A stretch of DNA of 64,000 bases, from positions 14,136,001 to 14,200,000 of the forward strand of contig OY740796.1 of the NCBI GenBank assembly GCA_963514005.1, in the 5' to 3' direction. This DNA comes from Raja brachyura (Eukaryota). Shown here piece by piece: positions 49,846 to 62,900 of this stretch. The notes under the pieces were generated by a model. The model searched no databases, had not been told where the DNA came from, and was given only the letters and a program-made list of their open reading frames with translations. The position numbers and the translations under genes are program-made. Position 1 is the first letter of the stretch, and each line of letters begins with the position of its first letter.

Positions 49846-50724
49846 AATATCTTTATAATATTAATATCCTGTGAAGTGAATCACATTAAGAACATAAAAT
49901 ACTGAAAAAACGTATCAGTTTAGACGGCATCTATGTAAAGAGAACCAGAGTAATATTTCAGGGCAAAGACTGTCAAAATTGGTAAGAAGAGAATGGAGGT
50001 TAATATTAACAAACAAAGGGAGATGGATAGGACAAAGGTAAACCTCTGGAAAGGTGAGGCCATAGTCACCATGGGGATAGGTCTAGAGGTCATCCAGTTG
50101 ATGGATCAATGTGATGCCTTTGGAATTAAAATTAACAAAAATTAAGAAACAAGGTCCTGTTGCAGAGTGAGAATGCTCTTCTGTTTTTGTTTTATAGTTT
50201 TCCAGCATCTTCAGTTTTTATTCGTTTTCATTTATGGCTGGATCAAGTTAAAGGCGGATTGATTTTTAAAGATATGTCGGTCTTCTGTACATAGGAAAAC
50301 TCATAGACTAAGTCAGTGTCAAATAAGAGCTTGAAGAGCTAAGATTGAAATTCATTATAATCATGTTGATGCCTTCGCTGATGTCTTGTTGATCTGCCAT
50401 GAAAGAACAGCAAAAGATGAGATTGGAAGAGATGTCTGGGTCAGAAAGTGAAAGGGGGAAAGTATTAAGAGTGTTGTCGGAATTCAAGTTGTTAAAGCTT
50501 ATGATTCTTATGTAAACACAAGGTACTGGAAACAATCACCAGATCAGGCAGCATCTGTGGAAAGAGATACAGAATTAATTCTTGATTCTGAACATTCTTT
50601 TGGCTCCTCTCGCTTTAACAGAGAAACACTAAAACAGCCTTGATTGCGATGGTAAATAAAAAGAGAAAATAATTTTGCTCAAGTAAGATCATGGAAGGAT
50701 TTAAAAATGATATGATTAGACATT

Positions 50725-51062
50725 TATTAGAGTCATAGAGTGATTCAGTGTGGAAACCGCCCCTTCTTTCTGATTTGCCCACACCGGCCAACATGTCCCA
50801 GCTACACTAGTTCCACCTGTCTGCGCTTGGTCCATATCCCTCCAAACTTGTCCTATCCATGTACCTGTCTAACTGTTTCTTAAATGTTAGGATAGTCCCA
50901 TCCTCAACTACCTTCTCTGGCAGCTTGTTCCATACACCCACCACCCTTGGTATAAAAAAAGTTACCCCTCAGATTCCTATTAAATCTTTTCCCCTTCACC
51001 TTGAACTTTTGGGCAAGAGATTTGCACATCTACCTGATCTATTCCTCTAATCATTTTATACA
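50725..51062 (-). mobile_element. CR1 3' fragment
   Basis: GTATGGAACAAGCTGCCAGAGAAGGTAGTTGAGG...TTAGACAGGTACATGGATAGG on the minus strand. Confidence 0.8.
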
Positions 51063-52117
51063 CTATTGTATTTACTAGGTGTTAATCTTGTATTTGTTTT
51101 TAAATGTTGAGTAATAATCAACACAAGATAACTAGTGTTTGTGTTTCTGAATGCCATGGACCATTAACAGGAGCAGATGCTAGTGGAATAGATGCAGTCA
51201 ATTGAGGAATGCTAATTTACATTGACTCTGGTTCTTGAAGGGCCGTGAGGGAAAGTTGACTACAAGCATCTAGGATGATTCTCTGGTGCATTAGTGAGGA
51301 ATGGCTGCACTTTAATGTGACTTGAAAAAAAAGTCCTATAATGTTTTGTTATCTCATTACTATTTGTGGGAACAACTTAGCAAATTGTTGATTTTCTGCA
51401 TTACAATTACTGAGGTACTCTGTAATGTAGTGTAGTATTGTAATGTAGTTTGGATCATGCAGGTTTTCTGTGTTTTGACAAAGCACGTGCAAAATCAAGT
51501 CATTAGCAGGTCATTGGACAATAATGTTTTTGAATTACTTGGTAACTCAAGAGATTTGGAGGAATGGTTGTTGATGAGAAGACTTTCAGATGCAATTACT
51601 GAAGAAGGCATCATAAGTGGCGTACATATTGGAATGATGTCGAACATACTTTGGGTGTATTCTACTTAATAGATAACATATTTCAGATTAGCCCAAAGAT
51701 CTGAACAGATTTTTAACCTTGATTCGATGAACAAAAGTTAAGTTTAGGGATTGATTTCTGACTGACTTAGGTGTGATTGTTTTTGGTTTCAGAAAGGACA
51801 GCTGAACCAAGTTTCTTAATTTCAGAAGTAGAAACTCCCTGACATTCAGTAAACTTTCACTCTTACCACTCTTACGTTTTAACAACTTGATCTCTTCGTT
51901 TTTTAGACATAAAAATGGCTTCTTCAATTGGCACAATATTATCATTTAAGATGAGAGAATATAATTAAAAACTTTTAGTCTGAAGAATTTGGTGAATATG
52001 TTAGTCTTCTGTTAGGGAATTGTTATAATTGATATGTTATGATCTGTACGTTGATTAAAGTTTATATGGTCAACTTAATACAAATTCCCATCTGGGATTA
52101 GAACAGTTCTGATCAAG

Positions 52118-52410
52118 ACACAAAAGCCCAGCGGGACAGGCAGCATCTCTGGAGGGAAGGAATGACATTCACCCACTCCTTGTCCCGCTGAGTTACTCCA
52201 GTTTTGTGTCCATCTTCGGTTTAAACCAGCATCTGCAGTTCCTTCCTACACATAGTTCATAGAATCATAAAATCATAGAAAATAGGTGCAGGAGTAGGCC
52301 ATTCGGCCCTTCGAGCCTGCACCGCCATTCAATATGATCATGGCTGATCATCCAACTCAGTATCCTGTTCCTGCCTTCTCTCCATACCCCCTGATCCCTT
52401 TAGCCACAAG
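52118..52410 (-). mobile_element. Composite CR1 tail + Penelope-type fragment flanked by a 12-bp direct repeat
   Basis: GTTCTGATCAAG at 52106-52117 and 52411-52422. Confidence 0.75.
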
Positions 52411-52699
52411 GTTCTGATCAAGGTAATGATCAAGGTAATGTTTAAATGATTTGACCATGTGTTTCCCAAGATTCAAATAAATTACTTTGTTGCCGCTTAT
52501 TTCCACAATAAAAACAGTGAACTTCGTTGCTACCTTATTTATCTGGTTTAGCTTATTAGGTAGTGTGTTGCTTTAGAAGTTAAAGAGTTAATTCATCACA
52601 GGAATTAACAACACCCAGCCTGGCTTTGTTCTTTGGCAATAAGGTTTCTCAAAATGTTTTAAATTCAGCCACGAGGTTTGACGAGGTTGGGGTGGTGGA

Positions 52700-55190
52700 C
52701 GTTTTCAGACTGTGCAGACTTTAATAAGATATTTGACAAAGTCCTACATGGGAGGCTGGTCCAGAAGAATGCATGTGTTCCAGGGTGAGATAGAGAATTG
52801 GATACAAAAGTGGCTTGGTGGTAGGAAGCATTGAGTGGTAGTTGAAAATTAATTTTCAGGTTGAAGATCTGTAACTGGTCATGTTCTACAGGGATCAATA
52901 CTGAAGGAGCGGCCTTATAGATGTTTATCAAAATATGAGGGGGGCATAGATAAGACATAGTCGGTCTTTGCGCGAGGGAGTCTCAAACTACAGCCCATAG
53001 CTGAGAGGGAAAGATGTAAAGGAGATTTGATGGAGAGTTTTTTCACACAGAGGGTGTTGGGTATTTGGAATTAACAGTCAGATGAGGTGGTGGAATAGGT
53101 GCTACAACATTGATTAACTTGGCATCATTTTCTGCACAAACATTGTGGCCCAAAGGGCCTGTTGGTGTACTGTACTGTTCTATGATCTATATATTTACCA
53201 TGGGGAAGGTGATGGAAGCTCAGAAATTCAAGGAAGATTTGTCTTGAAACGGAGCGCAGAAGGTTAAGGGGGGGACTTGGTTGAGGTCTTTAAAATGATG
53301 AAAGGGATAGACAGAGTTGACGTGGATAAGCTTTTCCCATTGAGGGTAGGGAAGATTCAAACAAGAGGGCATGACATGAGAATTAAGGGACAGAGGTTTA
53401 GGGGTAACATGAGGGGGAACTTCTTTACTAAGAGAGTGGTGGCTGTGTGGAATGATCTTCCAGCAGAAGTGGTGGAGGCAGGATTGATTTTAACATTTAA
53501 AAGTAAAATGGATAGGTATATGGACAGGAAGGGAATGGAGGGGTATGGTCTGAGTGCAGGTAGATGGGACTAGGGGAAAATAAATGGTTGGCACGGACTG
53601 GAAGGGCCGAGAAGGCCTGTTTCTGTGCTGTAATTGTTATATGGTTATATGGTATCCATATTACAAAAGAGGAGGTGTTGGTGGTGCATCAAGGTGGATA
53701 AATCCTTGTGATCTGACCGTCTATATCCTAGGGCATTGTGGTAAGCTAGGGAAGAAATTGCTAGGGCCTTGATAGAGAAATGTGTATCATGGTTAGCTCC
53801 AGGTGAGATATCAGAAGGCTGAAGGGTAGCTAATGTTGTATCTTTATTTAAGAAGGGCTGCAAAGACAAACCAGGGAACTATAGGCCAATGAACCAGACA
53901 TCAATCGCAGGGAAGTTGCTGGAGTGGATTCTGAGAGACAGAATCTACCAGCATTTGCAAAGGCGTGGAATGATTAGAGATAGCCATCAAAGCTTTGTGT
54001 CTCATGAATTTGAGTTTTTTTTTTAAGAGGTTCCAAAAGGATTGATGAAAACAGAGTGTAATGTTGTCAGCGTGGACTTTAGCAAGGCCTTTGACAATGT
54101 CCTGCACAGTAGGCTGGTATAGGCGGTGAGATCACGTGGGGTCCAGGGTGGGCTAGCCATTTGAACACAGAATTGGCTTGGTTGTAGGAGTCAGCAGGCA
54201 CTGGTAAATGGTTATTTGTCAAATTGAAGGGTAGTGACCAATAGTGTGCCGCAGCAATTGATGCTGGGTTTGTTATTCTTCATCATTTCTATTAACTATT
54301 TGTTTGAGAATGTATTTGTTAGTAGGTTTGCATATGACACCAACTATGGTGGACTATGAGGAAGATTATTCAAGATTACAACAGGATCTAGAACTAGAAA
54401 AGTGGGACAAGGATTGACACATGGAATTTAACTCATAAAAGTGTAAAGTCTTACAATTTGACAGGTTAAGCCAGGGCAGGACTTGCATAGTAAATTGCAA
54501 GGCCCTGGAGAGTTGTATAGAACAGAGAGACCTCGGAGTACAAGTGCATAGTTCCCTGAAAATAGCAGCACAGGTTGACAGGCTGGTGAAGAACGGATGC
54601 TTTCATCAGGACAGCACTGAGTGTAAGAGTTGTGATGTCATATGGTAACTACAACACATTGGTGAGACTACTGTATCAGATGTTGTCAGTGTTTGCAGAT
54701 TTAGTTACCTAGCTGTAAGGAACTGGAAAGGGTGCAAAAAATATTCACAAGGATGTTACTGGGACTGGAGTGTTTGAGTTGTAGAGATACTGGATAGGCT
54801 GGGAATTTTTTCCTGGCGCATTAGTGGCTAAAGTATGCCATTGTTGAGTATATAAAATCATAAGGGGCATAGATACGGTGAATCTTATTCCCAAGGTGGG
54901 GGAGTCTAAATCGAGAAGGCCTAGTTTTAAGGTAAGAACAGTAAGATTTGAAGGGGCTGCATGAGGGGCTGCATTTTCACACAGAGGATGGTGGGTATGC
55001 GGACAAGCTTCCGGAGGAATGGAAGATTCGGGTACAATGGTAATGTTTAAAAGACATTTGGATAGATACATGGAGAGGAAATGTTTGGAGGGATATTTGC
55101 CTAATGCAGCCAAATTGGAAAAGCTCAGGTAGGCATCTTGGTTGTCATGGACAGGTTGGGCTGAAGGGCCATATTCTGTGCTGTATATTT
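52700..55190 (+). mobile_element. Cluster of CR1 fragments, including a young 3' end (53250-53652) nested in older copies
   Basis: VEVFKMMKGIDRVDVDKLFPL...FFTKRVVAVWNDLP; ANVVSLFKKG.KDKPGNYRP; DFSKAFD. Confidence 0.85.
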
Positions 55191-56334
55191 TTGTCTCTAC
55201 AGTTAAATCTGCTGCTAAATCCCTGGCATGATGTTATGAACAGTATGGTGGCTGGAATATCAAAATCTGATCTCTGCAAAGCCTTCCAACACCCTGGAGA
55301 TAGACAGCTGACCTAAATGTTGGTGTGGAAATTCTGTGTCTTCAGACTACTAGAGAGCATTAGTTTGGGACTGGGCAACGGACTACAAACCTGTATATCC
55401 AGCGTTTAATTCCTGCCTTGTTAGGGTTCAGGAGAGGATACCTTTTGATATTGGAACTCAGCTAATGTTGCAGAGATTGTCTTTTATAATTTATGCCAAT
55501 TCTTTGATCACAGTGATGAATTAAAAAATTGTAAGTTAACCCACTGTTTACGAGAAGGTCTCAAATGCATACTTAATTGTAAAATGTCTGATTCGTAAAT
55601 TATGTGTCTTTGAAGTGACCCACTCTATACAAATGAAAGCTTCTTCCCTGATAAGTTGCCAACTGACATTCAGCAAGTTCTGACAGGTTGGCCTGATGGA
55701 TAACTGGCAAGCAAGAACTGAGACACAACATTGCAGAAACATCAGGTCCCACCGGTTCTAAAAAATGAATAAAACCCAATGCCCAGCTTGTTTGACAAGG
55801 CATGAACAAATTTCTCAACAATTTTGGCTGCAGTTAATAAACCTAGTCCAGTTGTTGATTAGGGACCGATCTGTCTGACATTATCGGGACTTGCTATGGA
55901 AAATGAAGATTGTTTCTAATAGTTTAACCTGTAACCTAATAGGTATCGTAAACCAACTTGGATTAAGGGAGATTACTTGTATCTATGCAAGATCAATGAC
56001 AGCACCTCTACAAACATGATCATCCCTCGGCCGGCGATTTTGGCAACCTCTGAACTTTCAGAGTGAGATATGTATCTAAAGGTACAGAATGTTCCCGAAC
56101 TCTGTGTCATGAAAAAATAAATTGTACATTGGGAGATTTGCACAAACTTGTTGTGAAAGTTAAGGATGTTCCCTGACTATCTATGTTGATAGAAAACTGA
56201 TCCAAATAAGCAATGGAACTGCAGCAGATCCACAGTGATCGTTTCCCTGCCAGAAGCAAGTGAATTCATTTAGTGTTTTAATTTAATTGGCTTGCTCAAC
56301 TGTAAGCATTATGTACACATTGCTGTTTCTGTAG

Positions 56335-56530
56335 ACACTATGAACTGCAGATGCTGGAATCTTGTGCAGAACAAAGTGCTGGAATAACTCAGCGGGTCAG
56401 GCAGCATCTCTTTAGGACATGCATACGGTACATTTCAAGTCTGAAGAAAGGTCTGACCCAAAACATCACCTATCCATGTCATCCAGAGATGCTGTCTGAC
56501 CCGCTGAGTTACTCCGACACTTTGTGTCCT
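56335..56530. mobile_element. Penelope-type fragment in inverted (hairpin) configuration; a similar one lies at 58140-58282
   Basis: TAACTCAGCGGGTCAGGCAGCATCTCT ... AGAGATGCTGTCTGACCCGCTGAGTTA are reverse complements. Confidence 0.65.
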
Positions 56531-58994
56531 GCTGTTTCTATAAGTTTCTGTTAAAACTCATGAATTTCATGTGGCAATATTAAATGTTGTATTCCGCCTC
56601 AAGTAAACACTTTTACCTGGCAGTTTCTATTAATAATCCATTCAATACAGTAATGACATTGCTGATGGGTAATAATTTTGATTTTGTTTCAGTCTAACAT
56701 TGCCCCGTATTCAAGTTAAGTGTTGCATAAATGTGCGCATTAGCACACTGGATGAAGCACTGTTGCTTTGGGTAGATGTAAGATCAAATGGGACAAGATT
56801 TTATAGATCTGAATGAATTTCAGTATGTTAAATCTGCTATGTTCAGACTTGGAGAACCATGCACAACTATTTAAGAGTGGATTGCAGTTGGCAAGGTTAG
56901 TTGAAATAGTCAATGAAGATTGTCAAAAGAGTATTTTGATAAATCAAAAGTATTTAAAATGTGGCAGAATGGGGCTGTACAGGTTTCCCTACAAAAGCTG
57001 GCAGAAATTTGATAGGCCAAATATCTTTCTGTGCTGTAAAGATTCTGTTCCATTGATTTAATTGTAAATTTCACGTCATTTTAGTTATTAGAATAAATCC
57101 AATACTTCATACCCATGTCAGATTTGACCAGAATCAAAGATACTAATCGTGACTTTTTTCTCTGGGTTATGAAAAGCTAATTTTGAAGGCAGATTTAGAT
57201 ATCTATTAAGTATCCAGTTCTTCTCCATGTTGCGATAAGGAACTATCACGTGGAGATAGAGCAGCAAATAGTTATGGGGGAGACGAAAATAAGAAGCATT
57301 TTCACAAGGTGGGGTTTGGATACACATCTTGGTTTTAAAAAGTGATAATTTCTCATCTTTTAAAATTTTACTCCGGCCATTTTGATTACTCCAGCCAAGA
57401 AATAGCTGCTGCTGTAGCAGAGAATAGTAGTTCCACATGGGGGGTTAACTACAAAAGATCCAATGCTTACCTAAGGTTAAAACCGCCATCTCATTGGTAA
57501 ATGTATGATTTATTAGCTATACACATACAGAACACAAAGTCATACACTGTTTTGATATTCTTAAAGACGAGCTGTGCAGTTTTTGCAATTCTTTTGAAGA
57601 CTAATTTACTCAGATCTTATTAATTGGACATGGGTTCCCAAAATATTTTCCACTTTATCTTATTTAAGCTAGCAGCAGTGAGGCTACTTCCAAAGGGTAA
57701 ATTTTCCCTTTAAAAGAAAGATATCATGGTCAGGATTAAGATGCCGATATATTCTGAAGAATTTGAATTAGTATTTTATTGCTCAGTACTTTGAGAGAAT
57801 AGCTGCAACACAAAACATAAGTGTCATCACAATATGTTTTGCACACAATATAGTTAATGTAAACAAGCAAAAGGCGAATCGGGTAACCAGACAGCATAAT
57901 GCATGAGCTTTTCTGATTGACTGTTCTATTTTATCTACCTGTTCTGTGTGTCAGAAGCAGAATCAGAACAAGACCAGGCAATGCAAACCCCAAGTCTTGC
58001 CAGTGGTCATGAAGAGAATAGTTGATCTGAACCTGGCCTCAAGTTCACTTTAATGCCTATATACTTTCACCCTTTCTTATCTATAATCCACAAGTCTGTC
58101 CATCTCAACACTGAATATATTTAATGACTAGCTAGGTTCCCATGTGTGGAAAGGAACGGCAGATGCAGGTTGATACCGAAGATAGACGCAAAGTTGCTGG
58201 AGCAACTCAGCTGGTCAGGCAGCATCTCCTCGGGTGATGTTTCGGGTTGGAACCCTTCTGCCAGCACTTTGTGTCTATCTTCTGACTAGGTTTCATAGTT
58301 CTCTAGGGTGGTGAATTTGAAAGACATGAGGCTCTTGATTTTAAGTTCTGTTTTAATTTTTTTAATGTTAGTACCCAGTAAGGGGAAACAACCTCCAAGC
58401 ATCCATGCTATCAAATGCCATTTCAACTCTCTTTCTTCTAAACTTCAATGAGTGCAGGCAACATGCTCAGTCATTTTTTTTATTAGACAGCCCCTTCGTC
58501 CCTGGAATCAACGCAGAGAACCATCATTGAACTACATCTGTTGCGTGTGTTTTGCACCTTAATAAATGAACAAAGTAGCACATAGTGCTGGTAATGTTAC
58601 ACAATCTGGAATGTTGGAAGGAGACTTACTTTTATATTTCACCCCCCTTGGAATAAAGTCCAGTGCTTCATTTGCATCTTCATGGTGTCTATAATTCAGT
58701 CAATTGCATCATGCTGCACATTTAAATCCTGTTTACTCAAATTCATCAAATTTAAATTCCTGATCCTTAGATTTGTTTATGGTCTTGGCCTATCCCATCT
58801 TATGTGGATGTGCTTTTGGATGTGCACAGGATGTGCTTTTCCCATTCAGCACTCTTATAAACATTTTCTCATCTCTACTCCATTTGTTTACACACTACGA
58901 ATAGTAAAACTCTGGCCACCTTGATTTTGTGACGCCTTACAAACCCCTCTGCATATTCACTGCACTTCTTATACCTAAAAAACCTTGTAACCTA

Positions 58995-59920
58995 CAGTGC
59001 TCTCCATAATGTTTGGGACAAAGACCCATCGTGAAGTTATTTGCCTCTGTACTCCACAATTTGAGATTTGAAATAGAAAAAAAAATCACATGTGGTTAAA
59101 GTGCACATTGTCAGATGTTAATAAAGGCCATTTTGATACATTTTGGTTTCACCATGTAGAAATTACAACAGTGTTTATACCTAGTCCCCCATTTCAGGGT
59201 ACCATAATGTTTGGGACACAGCATTGAAAGTAGTCATGTTTAGTATTTTGTTGCATATCCTTTGCATGCAATGACTGCTTGAAGTCTGCGATTCATGGAC
59301 ATCACCAGTTGCTGGGTGTCTTCCCTGGTGATGCTCTGCCAGGTCTGTATTGCAGCCATCTTTAGCTTATGCTTGTTTTGGGGGCTAGTCCCCTTCAGTT
59401 TTCACTTCAGCATATAAAATGCATGCTCAATTGGGTTCAGATCGGGTGATTGACTTGGCCACTCAGGAATTGACAATTTGTTAGCTTTGAAAAACTCCTT
59501 TGTTGCTTTAGCAGTATGTTTGGGATCATTGTCTTGTTGTAGAATGAACCACCAGCCAATGAGTTTTGAGGCATTTGTTTGAATTTGAGCAGATAGGATG
59601 TGTCTATACACTTCAGAATTCATTATGCTACTACCATCAGCAGTTGTCATCAATGAAGATAAGTGAGCCATACATGCCCAGGCCATAACACCCCCACCAC
59701 CGTGTTTCACAGATGAGGTGGTATGCTTTGGATCTTGGGCAGTTCCTTCTCTCCTCCACACTTAGCTCTTGCCATCATTCTGATATGTTAATCTTCGTCT
59801 CATCGGTCCACAAGACCTTTTTCCAGAACTGCGCTTGCTCTTTTAAGTACTTCTTGGCAAACTGTAACCTGGCCATCCTATTTTTGCGGCTAACCAGTGG
59901 TTTGCATTTAGCAGTGTAAC
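58995..59920 (-). mobile_element. Truncated Tc1 (DD34E) transposon with one IR/DR end
   Basis: TA|CAGTG... terminus with inner DR at ~59202; 59402-59761 encodes VKHGGGGVMAWACM...QQDNDPKHT...SQSPDLNPIEH with exact D34E spacing; second TIR absent. Confidence 0.93.
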
Positions 59921-62900
59921 CACGGTATTATCCCATCAAAAATAACAAAGGTCCTGAGCCATTCACAGATATTTATCAATTGTCATGCACTGTTCTTGAC
60001 AAATTAATTATTACAATTTATTATCATAATAATTGCATCAGTCTGTTTGCATCCTTTGCGTCATATTTAACACTCGGATGTTTTCTAGATCCACCTCAAA
60101 ATAACTTTGAGCTCCTGGCTTAACTCTTTTATCCATTCATTTGTTACATGTAGACACACATGTTCCTGTGGCAAATTTCCACCTTTGCACCCTTCACAGA
60201 CTTGAGCTCCTCTAAACCTCTGCTGCCTCTAGCCTAACATGCATCACATCACACCTGTGTTTGTTGACCTACATTGTATCTAGGTAAGATATTTGCTTAG
60301 TTTTTAAATTCAATTTTTTTAAATTTTCAAATGCTTCCATAGTCTCAGCCAATCGATTTCTGCTGCTTCCTTCAACCCCACACTAACTCTAGGATCTAAT
60401 ACCTCCCTAAGGTCTTGGAATAATCGAGTTCGGTATTTCGATAAATGTAAGGAATCATGGGATTTGTCACAGGTCATTCAGGATAAAAAAAACGAACGCA
60501 GCAATGTATAAACTGTGTATAAATTGTTAACTTGTCAAGGAATTAATCTAGAATTCTGTCAACTCAATAGCTTCCTTTCTTGTTCTGCTGTTCACACACT
60601 ACTTACACAGTCCCAGTTCTAGTTCAGTTCATTAATCTGCAATTATGAGATATTCAGATAGTTAAAGAATTTATTACTTTAATTTAATCATTAATGTGTT
60701 TGCTACTGGAATAAGAAAATAATACGCATTTCAAACATTTTCTTATCTTTATTCACAATTTATGTGTAAAAATATATTTAATCTGAGGCAGGCAGCGACT
60801 GTATCAGTGTGATGTGGGTTGATGCATTACCTACAGGCGGTGTGAATGTACCGTTATGACAAAGATTCATGTACGAGGAGGACAGGGTTGGCCCTGTGAA
60901 GGAGCCGCCAATCCGATATAAGGCATTTAACTGTGAAATGCCTTCCCTTTAGTATTGGATAGATTGAGTGGAGGGTCTGTACTGTTCCAAGTTTGCGCTG
61001 GTTGCGGTGCGTTTCCCCCAGCCATCTCGTCCAGTGCACGTTGACCAGCACTGTTCGCCAGCCCTTGTAGCAGAGGCTCTTTGTGCAGGTGTTACCCGAA
61101 GCCCAAAAGTTTTGTGGAGGTTCTGCGTTCGGATCAGGCACGCAGCGAGCTGGCGAGAGGGCTGTCGGATCAGATCAGCCCAGGTTGCCGAGTGGCCGAA
61201 GGGCGGATTTTAATGGGTCGTTATTAAACTGTTCCATCTGTGCGGCATCACCAGCTCTCTCTTGCCCAGATCCCCCACCCCAACTGTCGACAAAGTCTGA
61301 CTGAGAAAATGCTCTCTCTCATATTACGGGTTGTCTCTGCTTTTGCCCACTCACTGGGGTGGGCGGCGCCTCCTTCAAAGAGCAAGAACAGATCCTGTCA
61401 GCTGGTGAGCTGCGACCTACACCTGAGTGAAGCCTCTAGTTTGGCTGCAGTTGAAATGGCTGCAAATTCTCATAATTAGCACAAGGACCCAGCTCACAAC
61501 TTTGTGCCCTGACAGACTGGAACCAACCCCAGAGGTTAAAGCGACAGCATCTTTAGTTAAGCCAACCCACCTCAAAAGTTTAAGCAGCCTGTTTGAATCC
61601 AATCTGAACTTTCCAACCTACCCCCCACAGAGCACATTATCCTTGTTTCCTTCAATCCAGGAAGGTTGTTTAGATAGGAATGTAAGGACTGTCTCAAATT
61701 GGTTGACCACACAACTTGTAATTTGTGTAAATTAATATTGCATTTGAATGGCTGTGGCTCAGGCTAATGCCAGGGATTTGATAATTGAAAGGTTCGTTCC
61801 AGGCATTCTTGTGTTATCAAGGCTGGTGCTGAGTCAATAATTTAAATAGATACATTTGTGGCTCTGTGCAGCCTGGTGTACGCTGTGGCCAATTGCTGAC
61901 ATGTTCCGCGGATACATTTATTTATAAATCTAATTGAAATGAATGCACAGGTCCGTACACACAGTAGCTCAGCTGGTGAGAATGTTTATCCCGAATGACC
62001 TATGACCTGGGCATGCGCAGTTGAAATACCGAACTTGCTTATTCGCTCCCCAAATCTCTTCCTTTTTCCATCTTTGCAATCCCCCCCCTCCCCTCCAAGA
62101 TGCTTCTTGGACCAAACCTTTGGCCAGCTGGCCTAGTATTTTGTTTTGCAGTTTGGTATTACATTTTCTTTGATAAATTTCCTATCAAACTGTATGGTCC
62201 ATTGAACTATTATAAAGCTATATTTAAATGCAAATTGTTTGTTGATGTTTTGGTGGTGAGGTTGTGAGAAGAGGAGAAAATTAATGATGCTTCTGTCCCG
62301 GTGGAGGAAGAAAATGATGAGTTTTCATGGTTATAATGATCAAAATACCACATTAACAATGATGGGTTATAATGATAGTTGAATCCACAAAGTTACTGCT
62401 AATGTGTGTAATTGCGCCAAATTGTAAAATAAATTGCTTGGATTGGCCCTTTACTTTGGTTGCATTGACGTTGTACTGTTACATTTACATTTCAAATGTA
62501 TCTTTGTTCAGGATTTCTTCCTACTTGGACCATTAGTGGATTTTCCCAGTCAGTATTACCCTTTTATTAAAATCCTGACATTGCCCAGGATCATATTTTC
62601 CCATGCCAATATTTTTAAAGTGACTGAAAGGAAATTCAACTCTATTCCGGCAGTTCATTTATCCGTATTGCAGTTTGGGGTAGTTAAGCTTGAAGAAGCT
62701 GTATGCTAAAGTGGCATTTTGCTTACGCATTGCAGCTTGTATTAATTGGTTTCATTGCTGAGTGGCGGCTATTTGTCTGTTTCGCCAAATCTACTGGAAG
62801 TCTAAATTTTGAGTATTACATATGGAGTTAGCTAGGAAATATTACTCCTACATATGTGATGCAGAACAACATTTAGATGCTGATTGATCAGGGCCTTGGT

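Noticed and set aside
59402-59761. Domesticated or active transposase
   Set aside because: Only a partial catalytic domain with deletions, a premature stop and one TIR
60854-61735. Cluster of short ORFs as a minus-strand gene or retrocopy
   Set aside because: No recognisable protein similarity in any frame and no consistent exon structure
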